A stretch of 64,000 nucleotides of DNA, taken from NCBI GenBank assembly GCA_049970055.1, contig JBMFNR010000001.1, forward strand, positions 160,001 through 224,000, given 5' to 3'. This DNA comes from Fervidobacterium sp. (lineage in GTDB: Bacteria > Thermotogota > Thermotogae > Thermotogales > Fervidobacteriaceae). A program made the translations under genes and the position numbers. A model generated the notes under the pieces. It saw nothing but the letters and a program-made list of their open reading frames with translations, had not been told where the DNA came from and did no database searches. Numbering within the stretch: the stretch's first letter is position 1; each line of letters begins with the position of its first letter. This document shows positions 10,501 through 20,671 of this stretch, in pieces.

Positions 10501-11304
10501 TTACCCAAGAAGTCTCATAGTATTCATGTTACTAACATTTGCTTGTGCCAATACGCCAAGTGCAGCACGTGCTTGAAGTTGCGTTCTAACATATTCCATC
10601 ATACCACGTGCCATATCCGTATCAGTTAAAGCACTCACGGAGGAGGTGAGGTTTAGCATAGTATTACTTAGTTCCCGTGTGGCGTTTTCAAGTCTATTTG
10701 TTGTGCTTCCGATGTAGCTTCTCGTTCTCGATACGTTTTCTATAACTCGATCAATAGCTTTAAGCGCATTCTGAGCGTTTTCTGCATTATTAATACGTAC
10801 ATTTTCAAGACCTAACGATTTAATGTCCATGCTCGGGAGGGTAACTGTCATGCTTTGGCCCTCGTTCGGTCCTAGTTGTACCTGGATGTCTTTCACATCG
10901 CCACCGATAACTTTTTTACCGTTATAGGTTGTCTGTTCAACAACCTTGTTTATTCCCTGAGCAAGTTGTGAAAATTCTTGTTGTAAAGCGTTGCGGTCTG
11001 CTTCGGAAAGCGCACCATTTGATGCTTGAACAGCCAATTCACGCATTCGTTGTAGATTCTGCGTAACGCTTTGAATTCCACCTTCTGCTGTGTTCATAAT
11101 ACCTATGGCATTGTACGTGCTATACATCGCATTACGATAACCGTTTATTTGGGCGCGTATGCGCTCTGCAATTGCACCGGAGGATACATCTTGCCTGAAA
11201 GGTATAACAGCTTGTGATAAACTTTGTTGTTGCACACTTTGTTGACTTTGTAGATTTTGAAGGTACCTTATAGCCCACATTCCAATGCTGTTGTTAATAC
11301 GCAT
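10501..11304 (-). CDS. Short flagellin-family protein (D0/D1 only)
   Basis: MRINN start, TAEGG..LQRMRELAVQASNG, QTTYNG, RSYIGSTTNRLE, DTDMA, LAQAN; 267 aa. Confidence 0.92.
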   Translation of the reverse strand: MRINNSIGMWAIRYLQNLQSQQSVQQQSLSQAVIPFRQDVSSGAIAERIRAQINGYRNAMYSTYNAIGIMNTAEGGIQSVTQNLQRMRELAVQASNGALSEADRNALQQEFSQLAQGINKVVEQTTYNGKKVIGGDVKDIQVQLGPNEGQSMTVTLPSMDIKSLGLENVRINNAENAQNALKAIDRVIENVSRTRSYIGSTTNRLENATRELSNTMLNLTSSVSALTDTDMARGMMEYVRTQLQARAALGVLAQANVSNMNTMRLLG

Positions 11305-11433
11305 TAGTTACACCTCCCTGTGAGCATGGACTAAGCAAGAAGGAAAGAGGAATTATGGCATCGTCGATTCATTGATTTTCTTGCTCATATTATTAGACTC
11401 CTGCCCATCTGAGAACGTTCAAATGAATTTTTG

Positions 11434-11471
11434 AAACAAAAGGTGACCCTACGTCGGGTCACCTTTTGTTT
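11434..11471 (-). terminator. Intrinsic terminator after the FN3 protein gene
   Basis: AAACAAAAGGTGACCC-tacgtc-GGGTCACCTTTTGTTT. Confidence 0.88.
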
Positions 11472-11498
11472 ATTTACTAATTTATCACTTTATTTTAA

Positions 11499-14400
11499 TT
11501 ATTTGATCTTGAATATCCAGATATCACTACCTCCAATGTTTATACTTACATCTGCATTTTTCGAGAACGTTGTACCAACTATTACGATCGATTTGTCATT
11601 TTCCACATAAACATCGTATGAATAATCTGCCAATGTTCCGCCATAAGCTTTTCTCCATCTCAAGTTGCCGTCGTTGTCTATGTCAAGCACAACAATATCT
11701 ACTCCACCCTTGTAACCTTCTACTTTCGACAGTGTATGACCGACGACTACAAATCCACCATCTCGGAATTCTGCGGCACTGTAAGCGATATCTTCTTCGC
11801 TACCACCATAAGTTTTTTGCCAAATAATGTCTCCACTCATGTTTATTTTTACAACCCACATATCCCAATAGCCAGCGTTCTTTTGTACATCTCCATCAAC
11901 GGATGTTGTGTACCCAACAAGCAGTAAATTTCCATCTTGTGTTTTAATAATCCTTGCAACTTCGTCTTGGTCGCTTCCACCGTACGCTTTGTTGATAATT
12001 ATTGATCTTAGATCTTTTGATACTTTGAAAAGCCATATGTCTGAGCTACCATGGTTGTACGGAATATTACCCTCAAGCGAATACGTAACATTAGCAATAA
12101 TGTATCCATCGTTGCATTCTAAAATGTCAACAGCTTTATCTCTGTCAAGACCGCCAAATGTCTTACTTGCTAAAAGATTTCCATCTTTATCGAGTTTTAC
12201 AATCCAAGAATCCCAGGTACCTATGTTGCCACCTGTATCACCGTTCACTGAGTTTGTTGTACCAACGACTACAAAATTGCCTTCCGAGTCTTGTATAGCC
12301 TTGTAAGCGAGGTCGTTACCAGTTCCACCGTACAATTTTGTCCACACTATATTACCTTGTTTATCAAGTTTAGCGACAAGATAATCCCATCCACCTTTAT
12401 TTTGATTGTCACCAATTACAGCAGAAAGTGTATATCCAACTACCAAGTAACCATCGCTTGTTTCAATAATATCGGTTCCTTCGTCCCAACCATTTCCACC
12501 AATAATTTTGGTCCATTCGACATTCAATTCTTTGTCGAGCTTGGCTACTATTATATCAGATTCGCCCATAAAGCCTTTTACTTCTTGAGATTGAGTATTT
12601 CCAATAACGACGTATCCTCCATCTGAGACCTTTATAAGCTTCTTCCCTGTATCTGACCTTGTCCCACCAATGGATTGTTGTTTTTCAATTGTAGGAAGTT
12701 TTGTTCTGAAGCTGAACTGGTTCTCAACTTCTCCAAATCCGTTTCTTGCTACAACTTTCCAATTGTACTTTGTACCAAAGTGTAACTCTGGCAATACATA
12801 CTCAGTCGATGTTGATGTTCCGAGCGGTTCTAAAGTGATCGTACCGAAGAATAAATCGAATTCTTCAGCTTTCTCACTTGCCCACTTCAATGTCACGTCA
12901 ATTGGCACTTCTTCTTGGCCATCTTCTGGGTATATAGCTATTGGTTGCTCGGGTATCTGACCTGTTGTGAATTTCCATACTGGTCCTTCACTATTTCCGA
13001 ACCTGTTCTTTGCCACGACTTTCCAGTAGTAAGTCGTTCCAAATAACAAATCTTGCATTTGAACAGCGCTTTCTGTCAGGTCAGTTGCAGCAAGTTCAAG
13101 TTTATCTTCCGAAAATCCAAGGTAAAGATCATAGCTTTCAGCCTTAAAGCTCTCCCACCTGAGCACTAAGTTATTAAATTGGTTTGTAGCTCCATCAGAT
13201 GGTTCAGGATTAAATGGAACCCCGGGCACGTTTCCGATTGTGAATTTCCAAACAGGTCCTTCTGTTTCTCCAAACCTATTTTTCCCTACAACTTTCCAAT
13301 AATACGTTGTTCCTAATTCGAGCTCGGGAATTTCTAACGCATTCGTTGTAGCATTTTGAGCCACAATCTCTAACTCTTCGGGAGATTTTCCTAAGTAAAC
13401 ATCGTATGTATCAGCGCATTCAAACTGCCATTCAAGTGTTGGAGATTTCCACACATCTTCTTCACCATCTAACGGCCTGACGACTCCTAAAACAACTGGT
13501 GCTTTACCTGTTTGGAACATTTCCACATCACTAACATTTTCTCCAAAGTCGTTTTTGGCAGCAACTCTCCAGAAAAATGTTGTGTCCATTGGTAATTCGT
13601 AGGGTAAAGAAAATTCTAAATCCGTTGTTGATGCAACAAGTTGCAAATTGTCATAGTGGTCACCTAAGTAGATGTAGTACTCGTTAGCGTCCTGGCTTTC
13701 CCACTTGAATGTTGGTTGTATCCAAACTTTTTCACCCATGGGTTCTTTAAGTATGGGCTTGGTTGGAACGTCACCCGTAGTAAAAGACCATACTGGTCCT
13801 TCCACTTCACCGTAAGCATTCTTAGCAATGACCTTCCAATAATATGTTGTACCAAGCTCAAGTTTTGGCAGGTCGTATTCGTTGTCCGATACGCTTGCTA
13901 CAAGTTCGAGTTCTGTTGCACTCTTACCGATGTACACATCAAAACTCGTAGCTCTTTCAGAATACCACACAAGTCTAGGCTCTATCCATACCTTTTTTGC
14001 ACCATCGTATGGGACTGGGTTTTCTGGAATAGTTGGTGCATCGCCCGTTCTAAATGAAAAAACGGGGCTTTCAACTTCACCAAACGCGTTTCTTGCAATC
14101 ACTTTCCATTGGTAAGTTGTACTTGGCCTTAAGTTCTCTATGGTGTACTCTTTGTTGAAATAATTCTTTTCCTTTAGCTCAAGGTTTCCCTCTTCGCCAA
14201 AGTAAAGGTCGAATACTTTTGCCCTTAAGGACTCCCACTTAAGCGTTACAGTTGGCAAAACATTCTGTTCTCCGTCTGCGGGTTCAGTTGATCCGACATC
14301 GCCAGGAATGAATTCGGAATTCTGAAAATCGATTAACGCATTTACCAAAACAGTGCCGGTTCCTACGATGACGTTAAGTGGTATATTTGCAAGAGAAATT

Positions 14401-14897
14401 CTGTCCCTGACAACTTCGATTGCATCTTTGCGACCATAAGCTACTATCCTTTCGTCTTTGTCGTCGACTAAGCCGAATACTTTCACTATAACGTTGTACT
14501 TTCCAGATTTTAGTTTAGTTATAAGTCCGGTAGCTTGGCCAGTTTCCCTATCGTAGTTTAATTCAAATGGCCCCTCAACAACTTCTTGATTAAAGATTTC
14601 AACAGTTGCTCGTGTAATCCATATACCAAGGTCCTTCAAGCTCTTGTCTAACTCAGACATTCCAATAGAGTACTCTTCATATTCACCTGGAGGTAATATT
14701 GGTTCAACTATTGGTGCGTACTTTTGCAAGAGTTCACTTAATGCCTTTGATAGATCGATAGCCGGCTTTTCAAGGAGTGCCTTTAACTCGTAATATAACT
14801 TCGCTAAAGGTGTTATCTGTGCTTGCTGAGAAAATGTTAGAGTAGCAAAGCTCAGTAATAATAACCCCACTAAGAGTTTTAAAAAAACCTTTTTCAT
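11499..14897 (-). CDS. Secreted protein with six FN3-like repeats and a seven-blade beta-propeller
   Basis: Signal peptide; six ~90-aa repeats with YDxYxG...TTYYWKVxAKNxFGE; seven xGGxxxD blade motifs at the C-terminus. Confidence 0.85.
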   Translation of the reverse strand: MKKVFLKLLVGLLLLSFATLTFSQQAQITPLAKLYYELKALLEKPAIDLSKALSELLQKYAPIVEPILPPGEYEEYSIGMSELDKSLKDLGIWITRATVEIFNQEVVEGPFELNYDRETGQATGLITKLKSGKYNVIVKVFGLVDDKDERIVAYGRKDAIEVVRDRISLANIPLNVIVGTGTVLVNALIDFQNSEFIPGDVGSTEPADGEQNVLPTVTLKWESLRAKVFDLYFGEEGNLELKEKNYFNKEYTIENLRPSTTYQWKVIARNAFGEVESPVFSFRTGDAPTIPENPVPYDGAKKVWIEPRLVWYSERATSFDVYIGKSATELELVASVSDNEYDLPKLELGTTYYWKVIAKNAYGEVEGPVWSFTTGDVPTKPILKEPMGEKVWIQPTFKWESQDANEYYIYLGDHYDNLQLVASTTDLEFSLPYELPMDTTFFWRVAAKNDFGENVSDVEMFQTGKAPVVLGVVRPLDGEEDVWKSPTLEWQFECADTYDVYLGKSPEELEIVAQNATTNALEIPELELGTTYYWKVVGKNRFGETEGPVWKFTIGNVPGVPFNPEPSDGATNQFNNLVLRWESFKAESYDLYLGFSEDKLELAATDLTESAVQMQDLLFGTTYYWKVVAKNRFGNSEGPVWKFTTGQIPEQPIAIYPEDGQEEVPIDVTLKWASEKAEEFDLFFGTITLEPLGTSTSTEYVLPELHFGTKYNWKVVARNGFGEVENQFSFRTKLPTIEKQQSIGGTRSDTGKKLIKVSDGGYVVIGNTQSQEVKGFMGESDIIVAKLDKELNVEWTKIIGGNGWDEGTDIIETSDGYLVVGYTLSAVIGDNQNKGGWDYLVAKLDKQGNIVWTKLYGGTGNDLAYKAIQDSEGNFVVVGTTNSVNGDTGGNIGTWDSWIVKLDKDGNLLASKTFGGLDRDKAVDILECNDGYIIANVTYSLEGNIPYNHGSSDIWLFKVSKDLRSIIINKAYGGSDQDEVARIIKTQDGNLLLVGYTTSVDGDVQKNAGYWDMWVVKINMSGDIIWQKTYGGSEEDIAYSAAEFRDGGFVVVGHTLSKVEGYKGGVDIVVLDIDNDGNLRWRKAYGGTLADYSYDVYVENDKSIVIVGTTFSKNADVSINIGGSDIWIFKIK

Positions 14898-15112
14898 GAA
14901 TGTTTCCCCCCTTCTGAATAGATTTAGAATACACCATTACCTACTAAATTATAGCACACAATAAAAGAAAAGATGCAACATATTTTTAGGTTTTTTTATA
15001 ATTCAGAAAGTACAATATAATTTTTAATAATTTTTAAAATTTCATGAATTTTAACAGGTTACGATTTATTTTAAAAATCTCGGAAAAAATTTGAATATAA
15101 CAAACATATTTA

Positions 15113-15126
15113 TGTAAACATTTACA
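15113..15126 (+). promoter_or_regulatory. LacI-family (CelR-like) operator
   Basis: TGTAAA-CA-TTTACA inverted repeat just upstream of TATAAT boxes (15131-15141) of the sugar ABC operon, which encodes its own LacI. Confidence 0.75.
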
Positions 15127-15181
15127 CAAATATAATATAATAGCCCTTTGGGCAATTATCTTCTTAGAAGGAGGGGTCGTT

Positions 15182-16861
15182 ATGAAAAGAGTTTTCACGG
15201 TGGTTGTTTTGTTGACTATTTTTGCGTTAGTAGTCTTTGCGGATGTAGTGTACAAAAGAGATGAGACACTTTACGCTGGCGGTGGTATGTGGGCACCACC
15301 ATCGAACTGGAACCCGATAACTCCTTGGAATGCGGTGACTGGTACTGTTGGTTTGATCTATGAAACGCTCTATGCGTACGATCCTCTCAAAGATGAGCTT
15401 ATCCCATGGCTTGCTGAAAGTGGAAAGTGGACATCGAATAATACTTACGAAATCAAACTAAGAAAGGGAATCACATGGCACGATGGTACGCCATTTACAT
15501 CAAAAGATGTAAAGTTTACATTTGAACTTTCAAAGCAAATTCCAGAGATTTCTTACAGTCCAATTTGGACATGGCTTGCAAAAATAGAAGCACCAGATGA
15601 TTATACAATAATTTTCACGTTTTCGTCACCAAGATACCATGAATGGACATACCAACTTTATCAATTACCTATAATTCCTCAACATATTTGGTCAAAACGC
15701 TCAAAAGATGAGATATTGAATGGTGCAAATGAAAAAGCCATTGGGACTGGTCCATACATATTTGAAACATACAGCGATGACAGGATGGTCTATCTTAGAA
15801 ACGACAATTGGTGGGGGAATAAAGTCTTTGGTCAACCAAAACCTAAGAGAGTTATAATTCTCAGAGTGCTGAGTAACAACGTTGCACTCGGTATGGTGAT
15901 GAAGGGCGAACTTGATATTTCAAATTTCTTCTTGCCAGGCGTTCCAACTCTCAAGAAAACTTACAGTGATATACATACATGGTTTGATAAAGAACCATAC
16001 ATGCTATCCGATAATACGGCATATCTATTCTTGAACACGACCAAGAAACCTTTGAACGATCCAAATTTCAGAAGAGCTATAGCGTTTGCAATTGATCCGA
16101 TGGTAATTACTAAAACCGTTTTCGAAGGTCAAGTACTTGTGTCAAATCCAGTTGGTTTCCTACCGATTAAAGGTTGGATGAAATACTATCCAACAAACGC
16201 TGTTAAACAATACGGATTCAAGTACGACGTGAAAACAGCTAAAGATTTACTGGACAAGGCGGGTTACAAAGATGTTAACAAAGATGGGTACAGAGAACTA
16301 CCAGATGGAAGCAAGTTCAAACTTGAAATAATTGTTCCTTTTGGTTGGACCGACTGGATGGAATCGATCAAAATCATCGCCTCGCAACTTAGAATGGTTG
16401 GAATTAACGCGGAGGCAAAATTCCCAGATTTTGGCAAGTATTGGGAAGACTTGACAAGTGGAAAGTTCGATATGGCAATAAACAACTTTGGCAGCCAGAT
16501 GACTGTTTCTCCATGGACCATGTACAACTGGTTATTTAACTCAAACATTGATCAGTACATGTACAACGGGAATTTTGGAAGGTACCAGAATCAGAAAATC
16601 TTTGATTTAATTACTCAGCTCAATTCAACGCAAATGGACGATGTTGAAGCGAATAAAAAGGTAATTGAACAGATAGCAGAAATCTTCCTCAAAGAAATGC
16701 CAGCTATTCCACTGTGGTACAACGGTCTGTGGTTCCAAGCAAGTACACAAGTATGGAAAAACTGGCCAAGCGAAAAAGCTCCGTACGCATATCCTGTAAC
16801 ATGGGGTGGAAGATGGCAAACAGGCGGAGTAATGACACTGATAGGAATTACGAATAAATAA
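15182..16861 (+). CDS. Family-5 ABC substrate-binding protein, cellodextrin/beta-glycoside type
   Basis: Signal peptide; GLIYETL, WHDGTPFTSKDVKFTF, IIVPFGWTDW; in a GH1/GH5 locus. Confidence 0.88.
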   Translation: MKRVFTVVVLLTIFALVVFADVVYKRDETLYAGGGMWAPPSNWNPITPWNAVTGTVGLIYETLYAYDPLKDELIPWLAESGKWTSNNTYEIKLRKGITWHDGTPFTSKDVKFTFELSKQIPEISYSPIWTWLAKIEAPDDYTIIFTFSSPRYHEWTYQLYQLPIIPQHIWSKRSKDEILNGANEKAIGTGPYIFETYSDDRMVYLRNDNWWGNKVFGQPKPKRVIILRVLSNNVALGMVMKGELDISNFFLPGVPTLKKTYSDIHTWFDKEPYMLSDNTAYLFLNTTKKPLNDPNFRRAIAFAIDPMVITKTVFEGQVLVSNPVGFLPIKGWMKYYPTNAVKQYGFKYDVKTAKDLLDKAGYKDVNKDGYRELPDGSKFKLEIIVPFGWTDWMESIKIIASQLRMVGINAEAKFPDFGKYWEDLTSGKFDMAINNFGSQMTVSPWTMYNWLFNSNIDQYMYNGNFGRYQNQKIFDLITQLNSTQMDDVEANKKVIEQIAEIFLKEMPAIPLWYNGLWFQASTQVWKNWPSEKAPYAYPVTWGGRWQTGGVMTLIGITNK

Positions 16862-16888
16862 GACAAACAAAAAACAGAGGTGTAATGA

Positions 16889-17878
16889 ATGAAGAAATAT
16901 CTAAGAACAAAGTTAACAGTTTACATCCTTACATTTATATTTGCTGTTACAATCGATTGGTTGATTCCCAGGCTCATGCCTGGGAATCCTATCCTTGTTT
17001 TAGTTTCCAGATTTTCCGGATTGCCAGAGTCTGCAAGGGTCATGTATAGCTATCTTACAAAGGCGTTTGGACTAGATTTACCAATGTGGAAACAATATGT
17101 GAACTTTTGGATAGCTTTCTTCAAAGGAGACCTTGGCATCAGTATATACCTTTATCCGAAACCAGTTATAGAAGTACTAAGGGATGCTTTACCGTACTCC
17201 CTGGGGATACTAATTCCCTCGATTTTATTAAGCTGGATTGTAGGTAACAACCTAGGAGCAATCGCAGCACGAAGGAAAACGTTAGATTCCATAATGTTGC
17301 CAGCAATGTATTTCATAACAGGTGCACCGTACTTATGGTTAGGAATTTTATTAGCTTATTTTTTTGGCGTTGTCTTAAGATGGTTCCCAATAGCTGGGGC
17401 TTACAGTTATTCTTTAAGGCCACACCTGTCTTGGCTTTTTATTGGTGATTTTCTCAAACATTGGATTTTGCCATTTTTCTCGCTTTTTGTTGTTCAACTT
17501 GGTGGTTGGGCAATAGGAATGCGGAATATGGTTATCTATGAACTTGAAAATAATTATGTAAGATACCTTGAATCACTCGGAGTAAAAAGAAAACTTATTA
17601 GAAAATACGCATTCAGGAATGCTATTTTACCGCAAGTTACAGGACTAGCTTTACAATTGGGGACGGTTATCGCTGGGCAAGTTACGACGGAAGTTGTGTT
17701 TTCATATCCTGGTATTGGCTATATCCTCACGCAGGGAATTTTAAATCAAGATTATTTTCTTATTCAAGGATGTTTCTTATTTATAATCGTTGGTGTGCTA
17801 ATAGCGAACTTTACCGTTGACCTTGTTTATATGGTCCTTGATCCAAGGGTTAGATTTTCATACGGTGGTGAGATATAA
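16889..17878 (+). CDS. ABC transporter permease (OppB/DppB family)
   Basis: PRLMPGNP, GDLGIS, YAFRNAILP, TEVVFSYPGIG, LDPR. Confidence 0.92.
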   Translation: MKKYLRTKLTVYILTFIFAVTIDWLIPRLMPGNPILVLVSRFSGLPESARVMYSYLTKAFGLDLPMWKQYVNFWIAFFKGDLGISIYLYPKPVIEVLRDALPYSLGILIPSILLSWIVGNNLGAIAARRKTLDSIMLPAMYFITGAPYLWLGILLAYFFGVVLRWFPIAGAYSYSLRPHLSWLFIGDFLKHWILPFFSLFVVQLGGWAIGMRNMVIYELENNYVRYLESLGVKRKLIRKYAFRNAILPQVTGLALQLGTVIAGQVTTEVVFSYPGIGYILTQGILNQDYFLIQGCFLFIIVGVLIANFTVDLVYMVLDPRVRFSYGGEI

Positions 17879-18720
17879 TGAGCGAAATATTGTTTTTTGC
17901 ATTTAGAAATAAAAAACTAAGGGTAGGACTTTCCATTGTTTTGTTTTTCTTAATTTTAGGCATTTTTGGACCATATTTTTCCAAATACAAAGATCCGCTT
18001 GACTATGTCGGTCAAGGATATCACCCCCCCAGCAAAGAGTACTGGCTTGGCACAACGACATTTGGTCAAGATGTGTTTACACAACTTGTTTATGGTCTAA
18101 GGTCTTCATTTTTCGTGGGATTTGTAGGTGGTGGACTTGCTACGCTGATAGGACTTGCAATCGGCTTTATAGCAGGTTACGAGGGCGGACTCTTTGATGA
18201 AATTCTTATGATGATTACAAACATACTGCTTGTTGTACCCACATTAGCTTTATTAATAATTGTGGCTTCGTATCTGCCTTACAGAGGAATTTTTATTCAG
18301 AGTGTAATAATTGGCCTTACCGCATGGCCGTGGACGGCAAGAGCTGTTAGGGCGCAGACGTTATCTTTAAAATCACGAGAATTTGTTAACCTCGCAAGAA
18401 TAAGTGGAAGGTCTCACATGAAAATCATTTTCTACGAAATAATGCCAAATATGCTTTCTTATGTATTTATGGTGTTTATCTTGCAATTTGGAGGTGCCAT
18501 ACTTGCAGCTGTTGGGCTTGATTTCATAGGTTTGGGACCAACTCGTGGAATTTCTCTTGGACTGATGATGCAAAATGCTGTTTTATGGAACGCTATACAA
18601 CTCGGTATGTGGTGGTGGGCAATCCCCCCAGGACTTGTAATAACACTCATCGTTGGAGCTCTGTACTTTATGAATACAGGTCTTGACGAAGTTTTCAACC
18701 CGCGACTTAGAGAAATGTGA
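17878..18720 (+). CDS. ABC transporter permease (OppC/DppC family)
   Basis: WLGTTTFGQDV, ARAVRAQTLSLKSREFV, FNPRLR. Confidence 0.92.
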   Translation: MSEILFFAFRNKKLRVGLSIVLFFLILGIFGPYFSKYKDPLDYVGQGYHPPSKEYWLGTTTFGQDVFTQLVYGLRSSFFVGFVGGGLATLIGLAIGFIAGYEGGLFDEILMMITNILLVVPTLALLIIVASYLPYRGIFIQSVIIGLTAWPWTARAVRAQTLSLKSREFVNLARISGRSHMKIIFYEIMPNMLSYVFMVFILQFGGAILAAVGLDFIGLGPTRGISLGLMMQNAVLWNAIQLGMWWWAIPPGLVITLIVGALYFMNTGLDEVFNPRLREM

Positions 18721-19698
18721 ATGAAGGGGCTGATCAAAAAAATGCTTGAAGTGAGAGATTTAAAATTATATTATAAGACTTTAAGGGGTTACGTCAAAGC
18801 TGTTGATGGTGTTAGCTTTACAGTTAGAGATAATGAAATCTTAGGACTTGCCGGAGAATCAGGATGCGGTAAATCGACTCTTGTTAATGGTATGGTATTA
18901 CTCAAACCTCCTCTTAATTATTTAGGTGGGGAAGTTAAACTTGATGGTAAAACTTTGCCAATAAACGAATTTGAAGAAATGAACGCGTATAGATTTAAGA
19001 GAATATCCATAATACCACAGTACGCAATGGATGCACTTAATCCAACAAGGAAGATAGGTATGTATATTCGTGAGGTTCTTGAAAGCAAGGGAATAGACTA
19101 TAATGAGATAGAACAAAGGCTTTTTGAAAGGTTGAGGTACGTTAATTTAACTGAAAAGGTTCTCAAAATGTATCCAATCGAACTTTCTGGTGGAATGAAG
19201 CAAAGACTTGTTATGGTTATTAGTACGCTTCTTAATCCATCTTTACTCATTGCAGACGAGATTACGTCGGCACTCGATGTTTCGTCACAAAAATCAGTGT
19301 GCTTGATGATTAAGGGGTTTAAAGATCAAGGTGTTGTCAAATCACTGGTATTTGTAACCCATGACTTATCTGTGCTTTATCAAATAGCAGATAGAATAAT
19401 GATTATGTACGCTGGGAAAGTTGCAGAGATTGGAACTACTCAGCAACTTGTAGAGAATCCAGTTCACCCATATACTAAAATGCTTTTATCCTCTCTTCCA
19501 GAGGTTGGAATTAGATACACTGAAACGAAGCTATCAGGTATACCAGGTCAACCACCTCAGTTACTCACGCCTCCTCAAGGATGTAGGTTTAAAGATAGAT
19601 GCCCCTTACGATCAAAAGAGTGTGATGAAGAACCACCTATGGTGAATGTGGAAGAAGGTCATATAGCTTACTGTTGGAAGGTGAAATCCAATGCTTGA
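18721..19698 (+). CDS. ABC ATP-binding protein (OppD family)
   Basis: GESGCGKS, LSGGMKQR, IADE, C-terminal GCRFKDRC; real start may be ATG 18742. Confidence 0.93.
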   Translation: MKGLIKKMLEVRDLKLYYKTLRGYVKAVDGVSFTVRDNEILGLAGESGCGKSTLVNGMVLLKPPLNYLGGEVKLDGKTLPINEFEEMNAYRFKRISIIPQYAMDALNPTRKIGMYIREVLESKGIDYNEIEQRLFERLRYVNLTEKVLKMYPIELSGGMKQRLVMVISTLLNPSLLIADEITSALDVSSQKSVCLMIKGFKDQGVVKSLVFVTHDLSVLYQIADRIMIMYAGKVAEIGTTQQLVENPVHPYTKMLLSSLPEVGIRYTETKLSGIPGQPPQLLTPPQGCRFKDRCPLRSKECDEEPPMVNVEEGHIAYCWKVKSNA

Positions 19699-20611
19699 AG
19701 TTATCAATTTGACGAAGGCTTACAACCTAGGTGCATTTGGCAAGGAAAAGTTTTACGCAGTTGATAATGTCTCGTTTAAAATTGACGATAGTGAAATAGT
19801 TTCTTTGATTGGGGAGAGTGGTAGTGGAAAGACTACCATTGGAAAATTGATTTTACGCCTTGCTAAACCTACATCCGGTAAAATTATTTACAACGGCATC
19901 GATATATCTTCTTTTAAAAGTATAAAAGAATACTATAGATACATTCAAGGCGTTTTTCAAGATCCATTTAGCTCTTACAATCCGATATTTAAAATAGACA
20001 GAGTTTTTGATATGGTAAGGGAAGAGTTTTATCCAAATATAAAACGTAATGAATGGTTCGCAAGAGTTGAAGAAGTTATTAAAGATATAGGACTTAATCC
20101 AAAGGAAATCCTTGGTAAATTCCCTCACCAACTTAGTGGCGGACAATTACAAAGATTGCTTATAGCACGTGCGCTCCTTATGGAAACAAAATTCTTAGTG
20201 GCTGATGAGATCATAAGTATGCTTGATGCGTCCACAAGAATAGATATATTAAATATACTTATGGATCTGAAAAACAAAGGACTTTCAGTTCTGTTTATAA
20301 CTCATGATCTATCACTTGGGTATTACACAAGTGACAAGACGATAATCTTGTATCGTGGCACGATTATGGAGTATGGCGATACTGTGAAAGTATTTAATAA
20401 TCCACTTCATCCATATACGAAAATGCTTCTTGATTCTGTTCCCACGATGCGCAGAAAATGGACAAAAGAAGAACTTATAGCAGAATCAAAAAGGACTCCA
20501 CCAAGTTATTGTAAGTATTACGATAGATGTCCACTTGGTGATAGTGCTTGTAAAAATATTGAACTTAGAGAAATCGATGAAAACCATTTCGTTGCATGCA
20601 AGAAAGTTTAA
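19691..20611 (+). CDS. ABC ATP-binding protein (OppF family)
   Basis: GESGSGKT, LSGGQLQR, ADEIISMLDAS, HPYT. Confidence 0.93.
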   Translation: MLEVINLTKAYNLGAFGKEKFYAVDNVSFKIDDSEIVSLIGESGSGKTTIGKLILRLAKPTSGKIIYNGIDISSFKSIKEYYRYIQGVFQDPFSSYNPIFKIDRVFDMVREEFYPNIKRNEWFARVEEVIKDIGLNPKEILGKFPHQLSGGQLQRLLIARALLMETKFLVADEIISMLDASTRIDILNILMDLKNKGLSVLFITHDLSLGYYTSDKTIILYRGTIMEYGDTVKVFNNPLHPYTKMLLDSVPTMRRKWTKEELIAESKRTPPSYCKYYDRCPLGDSACKNIELREIDENHFVACKKV

Positions 20612-20671
20612 ATATGAGCTTAAAATTATGTACATTCATCCTAGTGTCATTCTACTGTGGAGGTGTGTGTT

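Noticed and set aside
10270..10576. ORFs 10270-10494 and 10355-10576
   Set aside because: They overlap tRNA-Leu and its terminator.
12700..14300. FN3 repeats as a diversity-generating or recombination cassette
   Set aside because: The repeats are diverged at the DNA level; no reverse transcriptase, recombinase or template/variable pair was seen.
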